DNA of 64,000 nucleotides from an uncultured beta proteobacterium (GCA_903928055.1 CAIYPG010000113.1:128850-192849), one strand, 5' to 3'. Counted from the stretch's first letter, positions 54,615-64,000 are shown. Made by a program: numbers and translations. Notes: a model not told the origin generated them from the letters alone.

Positions 54615-54680
54615 TGGCAGCCGCAAATTGCGCTACGCTTGGCATTCCGGCCAGTTTCGTTTCCGCACATCTGCCCATCC

Positions 54681-55961
54681 ATGATGAACACTGAACTCAA
54701 TCACGTGCTGGTCGATCTGTGGCAGGACCTGCAAAGGCCGGAAATACTCTGGCAGGCGGGAACATTGCTCGCGTGCCTCGCGCTTGCCTGGCAGGTGAAC
54801 CGTCTCATCCGCCTGCCCAGGGTGGAGCAAAGCGGGGCCTGGAAGCTTGGCGTGGACGGGTTGAAGCGCATTCTGTTCCCCGTCGTGGCCCTGCTGCTGG
54901 TGCTCATCGCGAGGCCGATACTGGCGCAATGGCACCACGTCAACCTGCTGCACGTGGCGGTGCCGTTGCTCGGCTCGATGGCGCTGATCCGGGTGTTGTT
55001 CTATGCGCTGCGCCAGGTGCTGACGCCGGGTGGCGTACTGGCCGGATTCGAGCGCCTTATCGCAGCGCTGGTGTGGAGCATTGTCGCGCTGCACATTCTC
55101 GGCGTGCTTCCCGCCGTCATCGACTTTCTTGAAGAGACCGTTTTTGCGGTTGGCAAGCAGAAGATATCTCTCTGGCTGGTTTTGCAGGCGGCGTTCTGGG
55201 TGATGATCACGCTGTTGGGCGCTTTGTGGGCGGCCAGTGCGATCGAAGCGCGGCTGATGCGTGCTGAAACGCTGCATTCCAGCCTGCGAGTGGTGTTTGC
55301 GCGTCTGTCGCGCGCCCTGCTGGTGCTGCTGGCAGTGCTGATCGTACTGCCGTTGGTGGGCATAGACCTCACCGTGCTCTCCGTGTTTGGCGGCGCGCTG
55401 GGTGTAGGACTCGGTTTCGGCCTGCAGAAGATTGCGAGCAATTATGTGAGCGGTTTCATCATCCTGCTGGACCGTTCCACACGCATCGGCGATTACATTA
55501 CCGTGGACAACTTCTATGGCCGGGTGAAGGACATCACCACGCGTTATGTGGTGCTGCGCGGCGCCGACGGACGTGAGGCCATCGTCCCGAACGAGCAGTT
55601 GATTACCTCGACGGTCGTCAGTAATACGCACTCCGACCGCAGGCTGCGGCTGGCCATCCAGATCCAGGTCGGTTATGACGTTGACGTGGAGCGGGCGCTG
55701 GAGGTTTTGCGCGGGGTTGCAAAAGCCCACGAGCGCGTTTTGGCAGATCCCGCGCCCACTGCGCTGCTGCTGGCCTTCGCCGATAGCGGCATTAATCTGG
55801 AGCTGGGCTTCTGGATTGAAGACCCTGAATCCGGCAAGAACAACGTGCGCTCCGAAATCAGCCGGGAAGTGCTGCTGGCCTTCCGCCGCGAAAACATCGA
55901 AATTCCCTTTCCGCGCAGGGACATAAGAATCATTTCCAATAACCCTCCGGCGCTGCCCTGA
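54681..55961 (+). CDS. Mechanosensitive ion channel (MscS) family protein
   Basis: Trimmed to 'MMNTELNHVL...'. MscS core 'GVGLGFGLQKIASNYVSGFIILLDRSTRIGDYITV'. Confidence 0.8.
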   Translation: MMNTELNHVLVDLWQDLQRPEILWQAGTLLACLALAWQVNRLIRLPRVEQSGAWKLGVDGLKRILFPVVALLLVLIARPILAQWHHVNLLHVAVPLLGSMALIRVLFYALRQVLTPGGVLAGFERLIAALVWSIVALHILGVLPAVIDFLEETVFAVGKQKISLWLVLQAAFWVMITLLGALWAASAIEARLMRAETLHSSLRVVFARLSRALLVLLAVLIVLPLVGIDLTVLSVFGGALGVGLGFGLQKIASNYVSGFIILLDRSTRIGDYITVDNFYGRVKDITTRYVVLRGADGREAIVPNEQLITSTVVSNTHSDRRLRLAIQIQVGYDVDVERALEVLRGVAKAHERVLADPAPTALLLAFADSGINLELGFWIEDPESGKNNVRSEISREVLLAFRRENIEIPFPRRDIRIISNNPPALP

Positions 55962-56041
55962 TCCCCGCTATTTACCCCTTACGGCAGGGGGTAAATCACG
56001 TAGAATCGCGAGCACTTGAAACCTTGGAGGGGGTTGGCGCG

Positions 56042-57214
56042 ATGCTGTTTTCAGGCATTCTCGATCTGTCGGTTTGGGAACTGGTTGCGGTGACTCTGGT
56101 GATGACGCACATCACCATCGTTGCGGTCACGGTATTTCTGCATCGTTGCCAGGCGCATCGTGCGCTGGAGCTGCATCCGATTCCGAGCCACTTCTTCCGG
56201 CTGTGGCTGTGGATGACCACGGGCATGGTCACGAAGGAATGGGCGGCCGTGCACCGCAAGCATCACGCCAAATGCGAAACACCTGAAGACCCGCACAGCC
56301 CGCAGCAGCTCGGCATCAATCGCGTGCTCTGGGGCGGCGTGTTCCTGTACGTCAAGGAAGCGCTCAAGAAGGATACGCTCGAGCGCTACGGCCATGGCAC
56401 ACCCGATGACTGGATGGAGCGCAACATCTATACGCGTTACACGCTGTCCGGCCTGACCATCATGGGACTGATCAACGTTGCGTTGTTCGGCATCGTACCG
56501 GGCGTGATCATCCTCGCGGTGCAGATCGCCTGGATTCCGTTCTGGGCCGCCGGCGTCATCAACGGCATCGGCCATTTCTGGGGCTACCGCAACTTCGCCT
56601 GCGAGGACGCCAGCACGAACATCTTGCCCTGGGGCATCCTGATCGGTGGCGAGGAACTGCACAACAACCATCATTCCTTTGCTTCTTCCGCGAAGCTGTC
56701 GAACAAATGGTACGAGTTCGACATTGGCTGGATGTATATCCGCATCATGGAGTCGATCGGTTGGGCCACGGTCAAGAAGGTCGCTCCCACGCCGCGTTTC
56801 AGCGAAGCCAAGCCGGTCATCGACGGCGAGACGCTGCAGGCGGTGATTGCGCACCGTTACGACGTGCTGGCGAAGTACGCCAAGTCGCTGAAGGCCACCT
56901 ACACCGAGGAACTTGACAAGCTGCGGCAGTCGCCCAAGGACGCACAGGCACTCAGGGGGCTGCGTCGCTGGCTGAACAAGGATGAGGCCAAGCTGGCCGA
57001 GCAGCATCGCGTGCAGCTTGAGGCAGGGCTTGCCAAGAGCAAGGCGCTGCAGACGGCCTATGCGATGCGCCGCGAACTCGTTGAAGTCTGGGAGCGTTCT
57101 GCGGCTTCCAAGGACCAGTTGGTGAAGAAGCTGCAGGACTGGTGCCATCGTGCCGAAACCAGCGGCATTGCGCCCCTGGTGGAGTTCTCGCAACGGCTGC
57201 GCTGCTACGCCTGA
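56042..57214 (+). CDS. Membrane acyl-CoA/phospholipid fatty-acid desaturase (DesA-like, delta-9 type)
   Basis: Trimmed to 'MLFSGILDLSVWELV...'. His boxes 'HRCQAHR', 'HRKHH' and 'HNNHH'. Confidence 0.8.
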   Translation: MLFSGILDLSVWELVAVTLVMTHITIVAVTVFLHRCQAHRALELHPIPSHFFRLWLWMTTGMVTKEWAAVHRKHHAKCETPEDPHSPQQLGINRVLWGGVFLYVKEALKKDTLERYGHGTPDDWMERNIYTRYTLSGLTIMGLINVALFGIVPGVIILAVQIAWIPFWAAGVINGIGHFWGYRNFACEDASTNILPWGILIGGEELHNNHHSFASSAKLSNKWYEFDIGWMYIRIMESIGWATVKKVAPTPRFSEAKPVIDGETLQAVIAHRYDVLAKYAKSLKATYTEELDKLRQSPKDAQALRGLRRWLNKDEAKLAEQHRVQLEAGLAKSKALQTAYAMRRELVEVWERSAASKDQLVKKLQDWCHRAETSGIAPLVEFSQRLRCYA

Positions 57215-57233
57215 ACGTCAGGACAGGCGGTAT

Positions 57234-57262
57234 AAAAAAAGCCCGCAATTGCGGGCTTTTTT
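57234..57262. terminator. Bidirectional intrinsic terminator (A7-GCCCGC-aatt-GCGGGC-T6)
   Basis: Lies between the convergent desaturase gene (plus strand) and rpmG (minus strand). Confidence 0.8.
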
Positions 57263-57279
57263 ATTTCACCAGGCCGAAA

Positions 57280-57444
57280 TCATTTCAGCTTGGTTTCCTT
57301 GTAGGCGACATGCTTGCGCGCCACCGGATCGAACTTCATGATTTCGATCTTGTCGGGTTTGGTGCGCTTGTTCTTCGACGTGGTGTAGAAGTGGCCCGTG
57401 CCCGCGGTGGATTCGAGCTTGATCTTGTCTCGTTTGGATGCCAT
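57280..57444 (-). CDS. rpmG: 50S ribosomal protein L33 (not in ORF track)
   Basis: Hand translation gives [62 protein letters not shown] upstream. Lies 23 nt downstream of rpmB. Confidence 0.9.
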   Translation of the reverse strand: MASKRDKIKLESTAGTGHFYTTSKNKRTKPDKIEIMKFDPVARKHVAYKETKLK

Positions 57445-57467
57445 GGCTTTTCCTTGGTCTGCTTGGC

Positions 57468-57701
57468 TTAGATTTCGCCGCGCTTGCGCAGGTCGACGAG
57501 CACGACTTCAATGCCCTTCTTGTCGATGGTGCGCAGGCCAGCGTTGGAAACGCGCAGGCTCAGCCAGCGCTTCTCGCTCTCGATCCAGAAGCGGCGGTAC
57601 TGCAGGTTCGGCAGGAACCGGCGCTTGGTCTTGTTGTTGGCGTGGGAAACGTTGTTACCCACCATCGGCTTTTTGCCGGTGACTTGGCAGACGCGAGCCA
57701 T
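57468..57701 (-). CDS. rpmB: 50S ribosomal protein L28
   Basis: Track ORF 57468..57758 trimmed to '[34 protein letters not shown]...'. Confidence 0.9.
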   Translation of the reverse strand: MARVCQVTGKKPMVGNNVSHANNKTKRRFLPNLQYRRFWIESEKRWLSLRVSNAGLRTIDKKGIEVVLVDLRKRGEI

Positions 57702-57729
57702 AGTGATGCCCCTAGACGGAAAACCGCAG

Positions 57730-57758
57730 ATTATAGCGGCCCGGGAAGGCGACTTCAA
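57730..57758 (-). promoter_or_regulatory. Sigma-70-type promoter of rpmB-rpmG (TTGAAG-N17-TATAAT)
   Basis: Read on the minus strand. A perfect -10 TATAAT with a 17-nt spacer to TTGAAG, about 30 nt upstream of the rpmB ATG. Confidence 0.55.
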
Positions 57759-57839
57759 GCTAAACCGCCATCTGCCGTTAAATGACTGCTTTGGTCAAAT
57801 ACGCCTCTTTTCAGTGACTTAGTCTTGTTCTGCGGCGGT

Positions 57840-58514
57840 TCAGAGCAGCCCGCGTTCGGCAAAACTCATGGTTCGGTCGGCGGCTACCACGAAATGGTCC
57901 AGTACCTGGACGTCCACCAGTGCCAGTGCGGAGCGCAGCGAGCGCGTGAGCATTTCGTCGGCCTGGCTGGGTTCGGCCACGCCGGACGGGTGGTTGTGGG
58001 CAAGGATGACCGCTGCGGCGTTGTGGCGCAGCGCGCACTTCACGACCTCGCGCGGGTAGACGCTGGTCTGGGTCAGTGTGCCGCGAAACAGTTCCTCGCA
58101 GGCAATGACGCGATGCTGCGCATCGAGCAGGATGGCCACGAACACTTCGTGGTCGCGTCCGGCCAGGGTAAGGCGCAGGTAATCACCAACGGCGCGTGGC
58201 GACGACAGCGCGTTGCGAGTGGCCAGTTCCTCGCCAAGGGCGCGGCGCGCCAGTTCCAGTGCGGCGAGCAGTTGCGCGGCCTTGGCCTCACCCAGTCCAC
58301 GCGCCTCGAGCAATTGCGCCGGCGTGGCGGCGAGCAGCGCCGACAGTGAACCGAAGCGCGAAAGCAGGTCGCGTGACAGGTCGAGCGCACTTGAACCGCG
58401 CAGTCCGGTGCGCAGGAATATCGCCAGCAGTTCTGCATCGCTGAGCGGACGCGGGCCGAGCGTGAGCAGCCGTTCGCGCGGCCGCTCTGCTGCCGGCCAG
58501 TCGGTAATTGCCAT
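57840..58514 (-). CDS. radC: RadC-like JAB domain protein
   Basis: 224 aa. 'PRERLL..G...[14 protein letters not shown]', JAMM motif '[17 protein letters not shown]'. Conserved radC-rpmB-rpmG arrangement. Confidence 0.85.
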   Translation of the reverse strand: MAITDWPAAERPRERLLTLGPRPLSDAELLAIFLRTGLRGSSALDLSRDLLSRFGSLSALLAATPAQLLEARGLGEAKAAQLLAALELARRALGEELATRNALSSPRAVGDYLRLTLAGRDHEVFVAILLDAQHRVIACEELFRGTLTQTSVYPREVVKCALRHNAAAVILAHNHPSGVAEPSQADEMLTRSLRSALALVDVQVLDHFVVAADRTMSFAERGLL

Positions 58515-58595
58515 GAATATGATCCTCCCGCTCTGGATAACGCACCAGCCCGGGATTCCGATGACCGTGAGACGCCCCTTTACGACTTGCCAAGG

Positions 58596-60239
58596 TCAGG
58601 CGAATTTCACCGGCGCAGGGCTGGCATCGTCGTTGTCCATCATCAGGCGCGAAAGCCTTTCGGTCAGCTCTGCGCGCAGTCGTGCCGCGCCCGGCTCGTC
58701 CCACAGGTTGTGCAGTTCGAACGGATCTTCCTGCAGATCGTAGAGTTCGCCCCAGTCAATGCCCTGATACGCCGACAGCCGGTGGCGCGTCGTGACCACG
58801 CTGCGCACGCGCGAGCGTATGCCCAGCCAGCCGGCGACGCGATGCGCCTCCTCTTCGATGAGCAGGGCGTCGCGGGTTGCAAGCCCGGGGTCCGCAGCCA
58901 GCGGTGCCAGCGACATGCCCTGCATGCCGTTGGCCGGCGCCACTGCGGCGCGGTCAAGCACGGTGCGCGTGACGTCGATGGCTCCGGAGAGCGCGTCGCG
59001 GCGAGTACCGGCCTGTGCCTTGAGCGCCGGGTCGCGCCAGATGAAGGGCGTGCGTATCAGTCCCTGGTAATGCATCTGCGATTTCAGGACCAGTTGATGG
59101 TCGCCCATGTAATCGCCATGGTCGCTGGTAAACACGATGATGGTATTACGGTCCAGTCCGAGTTGTTCAAGTGCGGCACTGATGCGGCCGACTGCGGCGT
59201 CCACCATCGCCAGCATCCCATAGGTAAGGGCGGTGGCTTCCTGCACCTCGCGCCGCGCCGCGGCATACACCGCAGGCACGCCGGCGGTCATGTCCGAGAG
59301 CTTGCCGGCATCGCGCTGGGCGTAATACCACGCAAGGTGGCGCGGCAGATCGTTGCGCCCGGCCCAGTACACCGGATTGAGCGCGATGTCTTCGGGCTTG
59401 TACATGTCCCAGTATTTTCCCGGCGGCGTCCAAGGGTGGTGCGGATCGGGAAAGGAGCACCACAGGAAGAAGGGCTGCCCGGGTTTCTGTGCGAACTCTT
59501 CAAGCCGCGCCACGGTGCGCTCGGCCACGTAGGTCGTCGAGTACAGTTCTTCGGGCACGCGCGTGCGCCAGCCTTCATGGGTTTCATAGCCCTGTGCCGG
59601 CAGCGCGTTGTCCCGGCCGCGCAATTTTTCGATGTCCGGATTTTTCTGCCGGGCCCATACCAGGTAATCGGCACCGGTGCGGTCGCCGTGGCGTGCCGAC
59701 AGGTCCACGCTGTCAAAACCGTAATAGGGCAGTGCCATGCGATGTGCCGCGTCCAGCCAGAGTTCCGAGCGCTCCTGTCCGTAGCCGGCCGCCTCTCCGC
59801 GGGCAACGCGTCCGGTGGTGCCGCGGGCTTCGGCTAGAGCCTCGGGTGCTGCGGCATGGCCGGCGACTGTGGCCTCACGGCCATAGATGGGTGGCACATT
59901 TGTGACGTTCTGCAAATGCGCCTTGCCCACCAGCGCGGTGCGGTAGCCCGCGGCGCGCAGCAATTCGGGCAGCGTGACATTTTCCAGCGGCAGCTCAATG
60001 CCGTTATGTCGCACGCCATGCAGAGAAGGCATGCGTCCGGTGACCAGGGTGGCACGGTTGGGCATGCATACCGCCGACGCAACGTAATGCCGGTCAAAGG
60101 CCACGCCCGCGCGCGCGATTGCGTCGACGGACGGGGTCTTCAGCGTGCGGTTGCCATAACAGCCAAGGTGGTCGGCGCGCTGCTGGTCGGTGATGATGAA
60201 CAGGAAATTGGGGCGGTCCATGGAATCAGTCCGGTTCAA
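58596..60239 (-). CDS. Sulfatase (Cys-type arylsulfatase family)
   Basis: 547 aa. 'PNFLFIITDQQRADHLGCYGN' and formylglycine motif 'CMPNR' (CxPxR). The track start is a TTG overlapping the upstream Bug stop. The ATG at 60221 is an alternative start. Confidence 0.8.
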   Translation of the reverse strand: MNRTDSMDRPNFLFIITDQQRADHLGCYGNRTLKTPSVDAIARAGVAFDRHYVASAVCMPNRATLVTGRMPSLHGVRHNGIELPLENVTLPELLRAAGYRTALVGKAHLQNVTNVPPIYGREATVAGHAAAPEALAEARGTTGRVARGEAAGYGQERSELWLDAAHRMALPYYGFDSVDLSARHGDRTGADYLVWARQKNPDIEKLRGRDNALPAQGYETHEGWRTRVPEELYSTTYVAERTVARLEEFAQKPGQPFFLWCSFPDPHHPWTPPGKYWDMYKPEDIALNPVYWAGRNDLPRHLAWYYAQRDAGKLSDMTAGVPAVYAAARREVQEATALTYGMLAMVDAAVGRISAALEQLGLDRNTIIVFTSDHGDYMGDHQLVLKSQMHYQGLIRTPFIWRDPALKAQAGTRRDALSGAIDVTRTVLDRAAVAPANGMQGMSLAPLAADPGLATRDALLIEEEAHRVAGWLGIRSRVRSVVTTRHRLSAYQGIDWGELYDLQEDPFELHNLWDEPGAARLRAELTERLSRLMMDNDDASPAPVKFA

Positions 60240-61219
60240 TCGATCTTGATGGGATTTTCCTTGAGGAATTTTTCCCAGCGCAGCGTCTCGGATCGATAGA
60301 GGTCTGCGGCATCGGCCAACGTGGCCTGGGGAATTTCCGAACCCAGCGTGTCCCAGAGCTTGACTGTGGCCGGATCAGCCAGCACGGTCTTCAGTGTCGT
60401 GTTCAGCTTGTTGATCACAGCCGCCGGCGTGCCGGCGGTGGCACCGATGCTGCCCCAGCTGCGCACGTCAATGCCCTTGTAACCGAGTTCTTCCATTGTA
60501 GGCACATCGGGCAGCGTCGGCATCCGCTTGGGCGCGGCCACTGCCAGTGCCTTCAGCCGTCCGGCCTTGAGTACGGGCACCACCGAAGAGGCGACGCCAA
60601 ACACGTAATGCACCTCGCCCCGCCCCATGTCGGTGAAGGCCGTGGCCAGCGCCTTGTAGGGCACGTGCACTACATCAATTCCCACGCTGCGGCGGAAGAG
60701 TTCCCCTTGCAGGTGGGCAGGCGTCCCGTTGCCGCCCGAGGCATAGCTCAGGGCACCGGGCTTGGCCTTTGCCATGGACACCAGTTCGGCAACGCTGTTC
60801 ACAGGCAGGTTGGGGGCAACCACCAGCACGTTATAGGTGAAGGACATGAGCCCGACCGGCGTGACGTCGCGTGTCATCAGGAAGCTGCCGTCACCCAGCA
60901 GCCACTGTGAAACCGAAATCGCCGAATTGACATAGCCCAGGGTGTAGCCATCCGGCGGAGATTTCGCCAGTTCCTGCATGGCCACTACGCCCACGCCGCC
61001 CTGCTTCACCTCAACGACAAACGGCTGGCCAAGCGCGTCCGAATAGCCCTTGGCGATCTGGCGGGTGGCAATGTCCAGGCCGCTGCCCGGCGCAAAGGGC
61101 ATCAGGATTCGCACGGGCTTGTTGGGGTAGTTGATCTGGGCCTGCGCCGTGCCGGCAAGGCACCAGGCGATTGCAACCGACAATCCCAGCAGCGATTTCA
61201 GTGTCGATGACATGTCCAC
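60236..61219 (-). CDS. Bug family substrate-binding protein (TctC-like)
   Basis: 327 aa. GTG start preceded by AAAGGAGAG. Hallmark 'YPNKPVRILMPFAPGSGLD'. Confidence 0.85.
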   Translation of the reverse strand: MDMSSTLKSLLGLSVAIAWCLAGTAQAQINYPNKPVRILMPFAPGSGLDIATRQIAKGYSDALGQPFVVEVKQGGVGVVAMQELAKSPPDGYTLGYVNSAISVSQWLLGDGSFLMTRDVTPVGLMSFTYNVLVVAPNLPVNSVAELVSMAKAKPGALSYASGGNGTPAHLQGELFRRSVGIDVVHVPYKALATAFTDMGRGEVHYVFGVASSVVPVLKAGRLKALAVAAPKRMPTLPDVPTMEELGYKGIDVRSWGSIGATAGTPAAVINKLNTTLKTVLADPATVKLWDTLGSEIPQATLADAADLYRSETLRWEKFLKENPIKID

Positions 61220-61271
61220 TCTCCTTTGGTTTTATATTGGCTTGTAGTCATGAATCTCCTGCGGGGTGTAC

Positions 61272-62069
61272 TCAGTTCACCCCCAGCATCTGCCCCAACC
61301 GCGGCCACGCGGTTTCTCCGCGGTCGCGCATCAGCTTGGTGACCGCCGCGGGAAACCTGTCCTCAACTTCGATGCGGAAACACGGGCGTGCCTTCATGGC
61401 CGACCACCAGCGCGCCATGTGAGGCCTGCGCCCGTCAGTCCACATTGACTGCATGGCGAGCATCTCGAGCCGCATGACATAGGGTGCGCAGGCGATGTCG
61501 GCCAGCGAAAACGACTCTCCTGCCAACCAGGCCATGCGCGCGGCCTGGCGGTCCATGTCGTCGATGAGGCGAGCGAAGGTGCGCAGAGCCGGTCCGACCT
61601 CGGGCGCGTCCAGCCCCAGCCGGATGGCACTCCTCTGGCGTGCCTCCCGATCCTTGTCCGGCATGCGCGAGAAATAGGCATCAAGCTCGGCCGGGGTCTT
61701 GTTGACATGCGCATACCTGATGTACACCGCCTGCGACAGCGAGCCTGTCGCGCGATGCGCCTCTTCATCGATGTGCTTGGTCCACAGCCGCATGCGATGG
61801 CGTTCCAGCGGCGTGGCAGGCTTCAGCGGCGGCTCGGGAAAGACTTCGTCCAGATACTCGATGATGGCGGTGCTCTCGATCAGCACCTTGCCGTCGTGGA
61901 CCAGCGTGGGTACCACGCCGCCGGGATTCAGTTTGAGGTAGTCGGCATTCATCACGTCGCCGTTGCGCAGGTCCACCGTCGCGGTTTCCCACGCCTGGCC
62001 TTTCTCGTGCAGTGTCATGCGTACCTTCTGCGCCGCGACTGATGCGATATTGTCGTAGAGCGTGAGCAT
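61272..62069 (-). CDS. Glutathione S-transferase family protein
   Basis: 265 aa. 'MLTLYDNIASVAAQKVRMTLHEKG...LNPGGVVPTLVHDGKVLIESTAIIEYL'. Confidence 0.8.
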   Translation of the reverse strand: MLTLYDNIASVAAQKVRMTLHEKGQAWETATVDLRNGDVMNADYLKLNPGGVVPTLVHDGKVLIESTAIIEYLDEVFPEPPLKPATPLERHRMRLWTKHIDEEAHRATGSLSQAVYIRYAHVNKTPAELDAYFSRMPDKDREARQRSAIRLGLDAPEVGPALRTFARLIDDMDRQAARMAWLAGESFSLADIACAPYVMRLEMLAMQSMWTDGRRPHMARWWSAMKARPCFRIEVEDRFPAAVTKLMRDRGETAWPRLGQMLGVN

Positions 62070-62082
62070 GGGGCGGGCCTAC

Positions 62083-62793
62083 CTAGCGCCGCTTGTACTG
62101 CTCGGCGCCGAACAGTTTGTCCCAGGCCTCCTTGGAATGGGTCGTGCCCTGGCGTTCGCGCTCGGCGGCCAGCACCTGGACGCCGCGTTGCACGGCAGGG
62201 CGCGCGGCGATTGTCTCGAACCAGCGGCCGACATTGGGGAATTCGGCGAAATCGATCTGATGATTCTTGTGCGAACGGCTCCACGGCCAGATGGCAATGT
62301 CGGCAATGCTGTACTCGCCCTTGCCGGCGCCCGCCACGTAGTCTCGCCCCTGCAGGCGTTTGTCGAGCACGCCGTAAAGGCGGCGTGTTTCATTGGCGTA
62401 GCGATTGATGGCGTACTCCAGTTTCTCCGGCGCGTAATTCATGAAATGGTGCGCCTGGCCAAGCATGGGTCCGAAGCCACCCATCTGCCACATCACCCAT
62501 TCCAGCGCCTCATACTTGCCGCGATCAGACGCGGGCAGGAAACGTCCGGCTTTCCCGGCGAGATAGATGAGGATGGCGCCCGATTCGAACAGTGACATCG
62601 GCTTGCCGTCCGGTCCCTTGGAATCGATGATGGCCGGAATTCGGTTGTTCGGCGAGATTGACAGGAAATCCGGTTTGAACTGGTCGCCGGCGCGGATGTC
62701 GATGCCGTGGACGCGGTAGGGAAGTCCGCATTCCTCCAGCATGATGTGAACCTTGTGGCCGTTTGGTGTGGCCCAGCTGAATACGTCGATCAT
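62083..62793 (-). CDS. yfcG: Nu-class glutathione S-transferase / GSH-dependent disulfide reductase (YfcG-like)
   Basis: Trimmed to 'MIDVFSWATPNGHKVHIMLEECGLPYRVHGIDIRAGDQFKPDFLSISPNNRIPAIID...LFESGAILIYLA' (GAGGAGAG upstream). Close, from memory, to E. coli YfcG. Confidence 0.75.
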   Translation of the reverse strand: MIDVFSWATPNGHKVHIMLEECGLPYRVHGIDIRAGDQFKPDFLSISPNNRIPAIIDSKGPDGKPMSLFESGAILIYLAGKAGRFLPASDRGKYEALEWVMWQMGGFGPMLGQAHHFMNYAPEKLEYAINRYANETRRLYGVLDKRLQGRDYVAGAGKGEYSIADIAIWPWSRSHKNHQIDFAEFPNVGRWFETIAARPAVQRGVQVLAAERERQGTTHSKEAWDKLFGAEQYKRR

Positions 62794-62940
62794 GATGCGC
62801 TCTCTCCTCTGGTGTTCGTGGTCATTGTCGTTCTCGTGCACAGGAGATGTATCCTGCGCCGCGCTGATCCGGTTTGCTGCGACAGTATGGGCCGGTTGGC
62901 CATGTCCGTGGGGCCCGAAGGCTGCCGGCAATCATTCGTT

Positions 62941-64000
62941 TCAGTCGGCCCAGTTGCGCGAGCGCTCCACCGCGGACCGCCATCGTGCCATGCGTTCCGC
63001 TGCTTCGCTTGCCGGCATGGCCGGCTTGAATCGCGCTGCCGCCTTCCATTGCCTTGCGATGGCGTCGCGGCTTTTCCACATGCCGGTTGCAAGTCCGGCC
63101 AGGTAGGCTGCTCCCAGCGCCGTGGTTTCTGGCACGCGTGGTCGCACCACGCTCACGCCAAGCAGGTCTGCCTGGAACTGCATCAACAAGGCATTGGCAG
63201 TGGCGCCGCCATCCACGCGCAATTCCTTCAGATTGATGCCGGCATCCTGCTGCATTGCCGTGAGTACTTCGGCCGACTGGAAGGCGATCGACTCCAGCGC
63301 CGCACGGGCAATATGGGCGCGATTCGCACCGCGTGTAATGCCGACCATGGTGCCGCGTGCATGCGGATCCCAGTAAGGCGCGCCCAGCCCGGTGAAGGCG
63401 GGCACCAGATAGACGCCATTTGAGTCCTGTACCGAGGCCGCAAGTTTCTCCACCTCGGATGATTTGCGAATGATCTGCAACCCGTCGCGCAGCCACTGCA
63501 CCACGGCGCCGCCGATGAACACGCTGCCTTCGAGGGCGTATTCCTGCGGCGATCCGGGCAGGCGCGCGGCGCAGGTGGTCAGCAGGCCGTGCTTCGATGG
63601 TATGGCCCGAGTGCCGGTGTTGAGCAGCATGAAGCAGCCGGTGCCATAGGTGTTCTTGGCCATGCCCGGTTCATGGCAGGCCTGGCCGAACAATGCTGCC
63701 TGCTGGTCGCCGGCGATACCGGCGATGGGAACCGAGGCACCGAGCAGTTTCGGTGCCGTTGTTCCAAACACATGCGAGGAGGGCAGCACCTCCGGCAGCA
63801 TGGAGCGCGGTATCTTGAAGATGTCCAGCAATTCGTCGTCCCAGCAACCGCGATGGATGTCGTAGAGCATGGTGCGCGAGGCGTTGCTTGGATCAGTGAC
63901 GTGCAGTGCACCGCCGGAAAGCTTCCAGGCCAGCCAGGTATCCACGGTGCCGAAGGCCAGTTCGCCGCGCTCGGCATGCACGCGCAGTCCCGGGATGCTG
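62941..64000 (-). CDS. glpK: Glycerol kinase (N-terminal part lies outside the window)
   Basis: '[40 protein letters not shown]...' through the C-terminus. The frame stays open to base 64000; the track 'M' at 63981 is an internal GTG. Confidence 0.9.
   Translation of the reverse strand, partial: SIPGLRVHAERGELAFGTVDTWLAWKLSGGALHVTDPSNASRTMLYDIHRGCWDDELLDIFKIPRSMLPEVLPSSHVFGTTAPKLLGASVPIAGIAGDQQAALFGQACHEPGMAKNTYGTGCFMLLNTGTRAIPSKHGLLTTCAARLPGSPQEYALEGSVFIGGAVVQWLRDGLQIIRKSSEVEKLAASVQDSNGVYLVPAFTGLGAPYWDPHARGTMVGITRGANRAHIARAALESIAFQSAEVLTAMQQDAGINLKELRVDGGATANALLMQFQADLLGVSVVRPRVPETTALGAAYLAGLATGMWKSRDAIARQWKAAARFKPAMPASEAAERMARWRSAVERSRNWAD

Noticed and set aside
56900-57214. The helical C-terminal ~100 aa of the desaturase ('...LVEFSQRLRCYA'), which briefly looked like a fused transposase or foreign fragment.
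   Set aside because: The reading frame and composition are continuous, and the total length (~390 aa) matches the DesA-type desaturases I recall. There are no inverted repeats or IS features.
60170-60240. An apparent 1-nt discrepancy (an extra C in a GCGCGC run) between my manual reading of the sequence and the ORF-track coordinates. It would imply a frameshift in the sulfatase N-terminus.
   Set aside because: The supplied track translates the sulfatase (and a plus-strand ORF crossing the same spot) continuously, and coordinates on both sides agree. I attribute the discrepancy to my own misreading of the repeat and used the track coordinates.
1-64000. A search for CRISPR arrays, rRNA/tRNA genes, IS elements, integrases, toxin-antitoxin pairs and additional defence genes next to the Type III R-M module.
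   Set aside because: I saw no regularly spaced direct repeats, no transposase or integrase motifs, no tRNA cloverleaves and no small paired ORFs. The only defence-type genes visible are mod and res. A manual scan cannot exclude short or degenerate elements.

Overview
This is a high-GC (roughly 60-65% by eye) proteobacterial chromosomal segment. It most resembles a Burkholderiales (Betaproteobacteria) genome, because it carries 13 paralogous Bug/TctC-type periplasmic solute-binding protein genes.

Layout:
- Left edge: a Type III restriction-modification module. mod is truncated at its 5' end by the window; res is complete. A ~0.64 kb gene-free, lower-GC junction follows.
- 5.5-41 kb: an accessory-looking metabolic region. 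Bug genes are interleaved with oxidoreductases, hydrolases, a thiol dioxygenase, a D-aminoacylase, and a persulfide-dioxygenase/rhodanese fusion. The region also holds a TetR/MFS pair, GSTs, DMT transporters, a YcgR-like PilZ protein, an FG-GAP protein and an orphan response regulator.
- 41-64 kb: mostly housekeeping and stress genes, namely phasin, gluQ, thioredoxin, two pirins, dps, an FMN reductase with a KefB/C-type antiporter, purN, an RsmB-like methyltransferase, MscS, a fatty-acid desaturase, rpmB-rpmG, radC, a sulfatase, GSTs and glpK (truncated at the right edge).

Two conserved genes shorter than 60 codons are missing from the ORF track and were found by hand: rubredoxin (12882..13061, minus strand) and rpmG (57280..57444, minus strand).

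I recognised no rRNA, tRNA, CRISPR array, transposase or integrase.

Many track ORFs are N-terminally over-extended, or are antisense artefacts of high GC content. Starts were re-set using signal peptides, family N-termini and Shine-Dalgarno sequences. The 'M' in the track is often GTG or TTG.

I did not find convincing evidence for a novel multi-gene system. The observations most worth a second look are:
- a low-GC target-recognition cassette inside mod;
- a UPF0016 transporter gene whose family-conserved N-terminus can only be translated from an ATC codon;
- a leader-like small ORF between a TetR operator and its MFS gene;
- an unannotated rubredoxin just downstream of the PilZ gene;
- an FG-GAP protein paired with an orphan response regulator that has a proline-rich N-terminus;
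- a Bug gene translationally coupled to a sulfatase;
- an FMN reductase placed where KefF/KefG would sit, upstream of the Kef antiporter.

Hand-derived coordinates of hairpins and motifs may be off by 1-2 nt.
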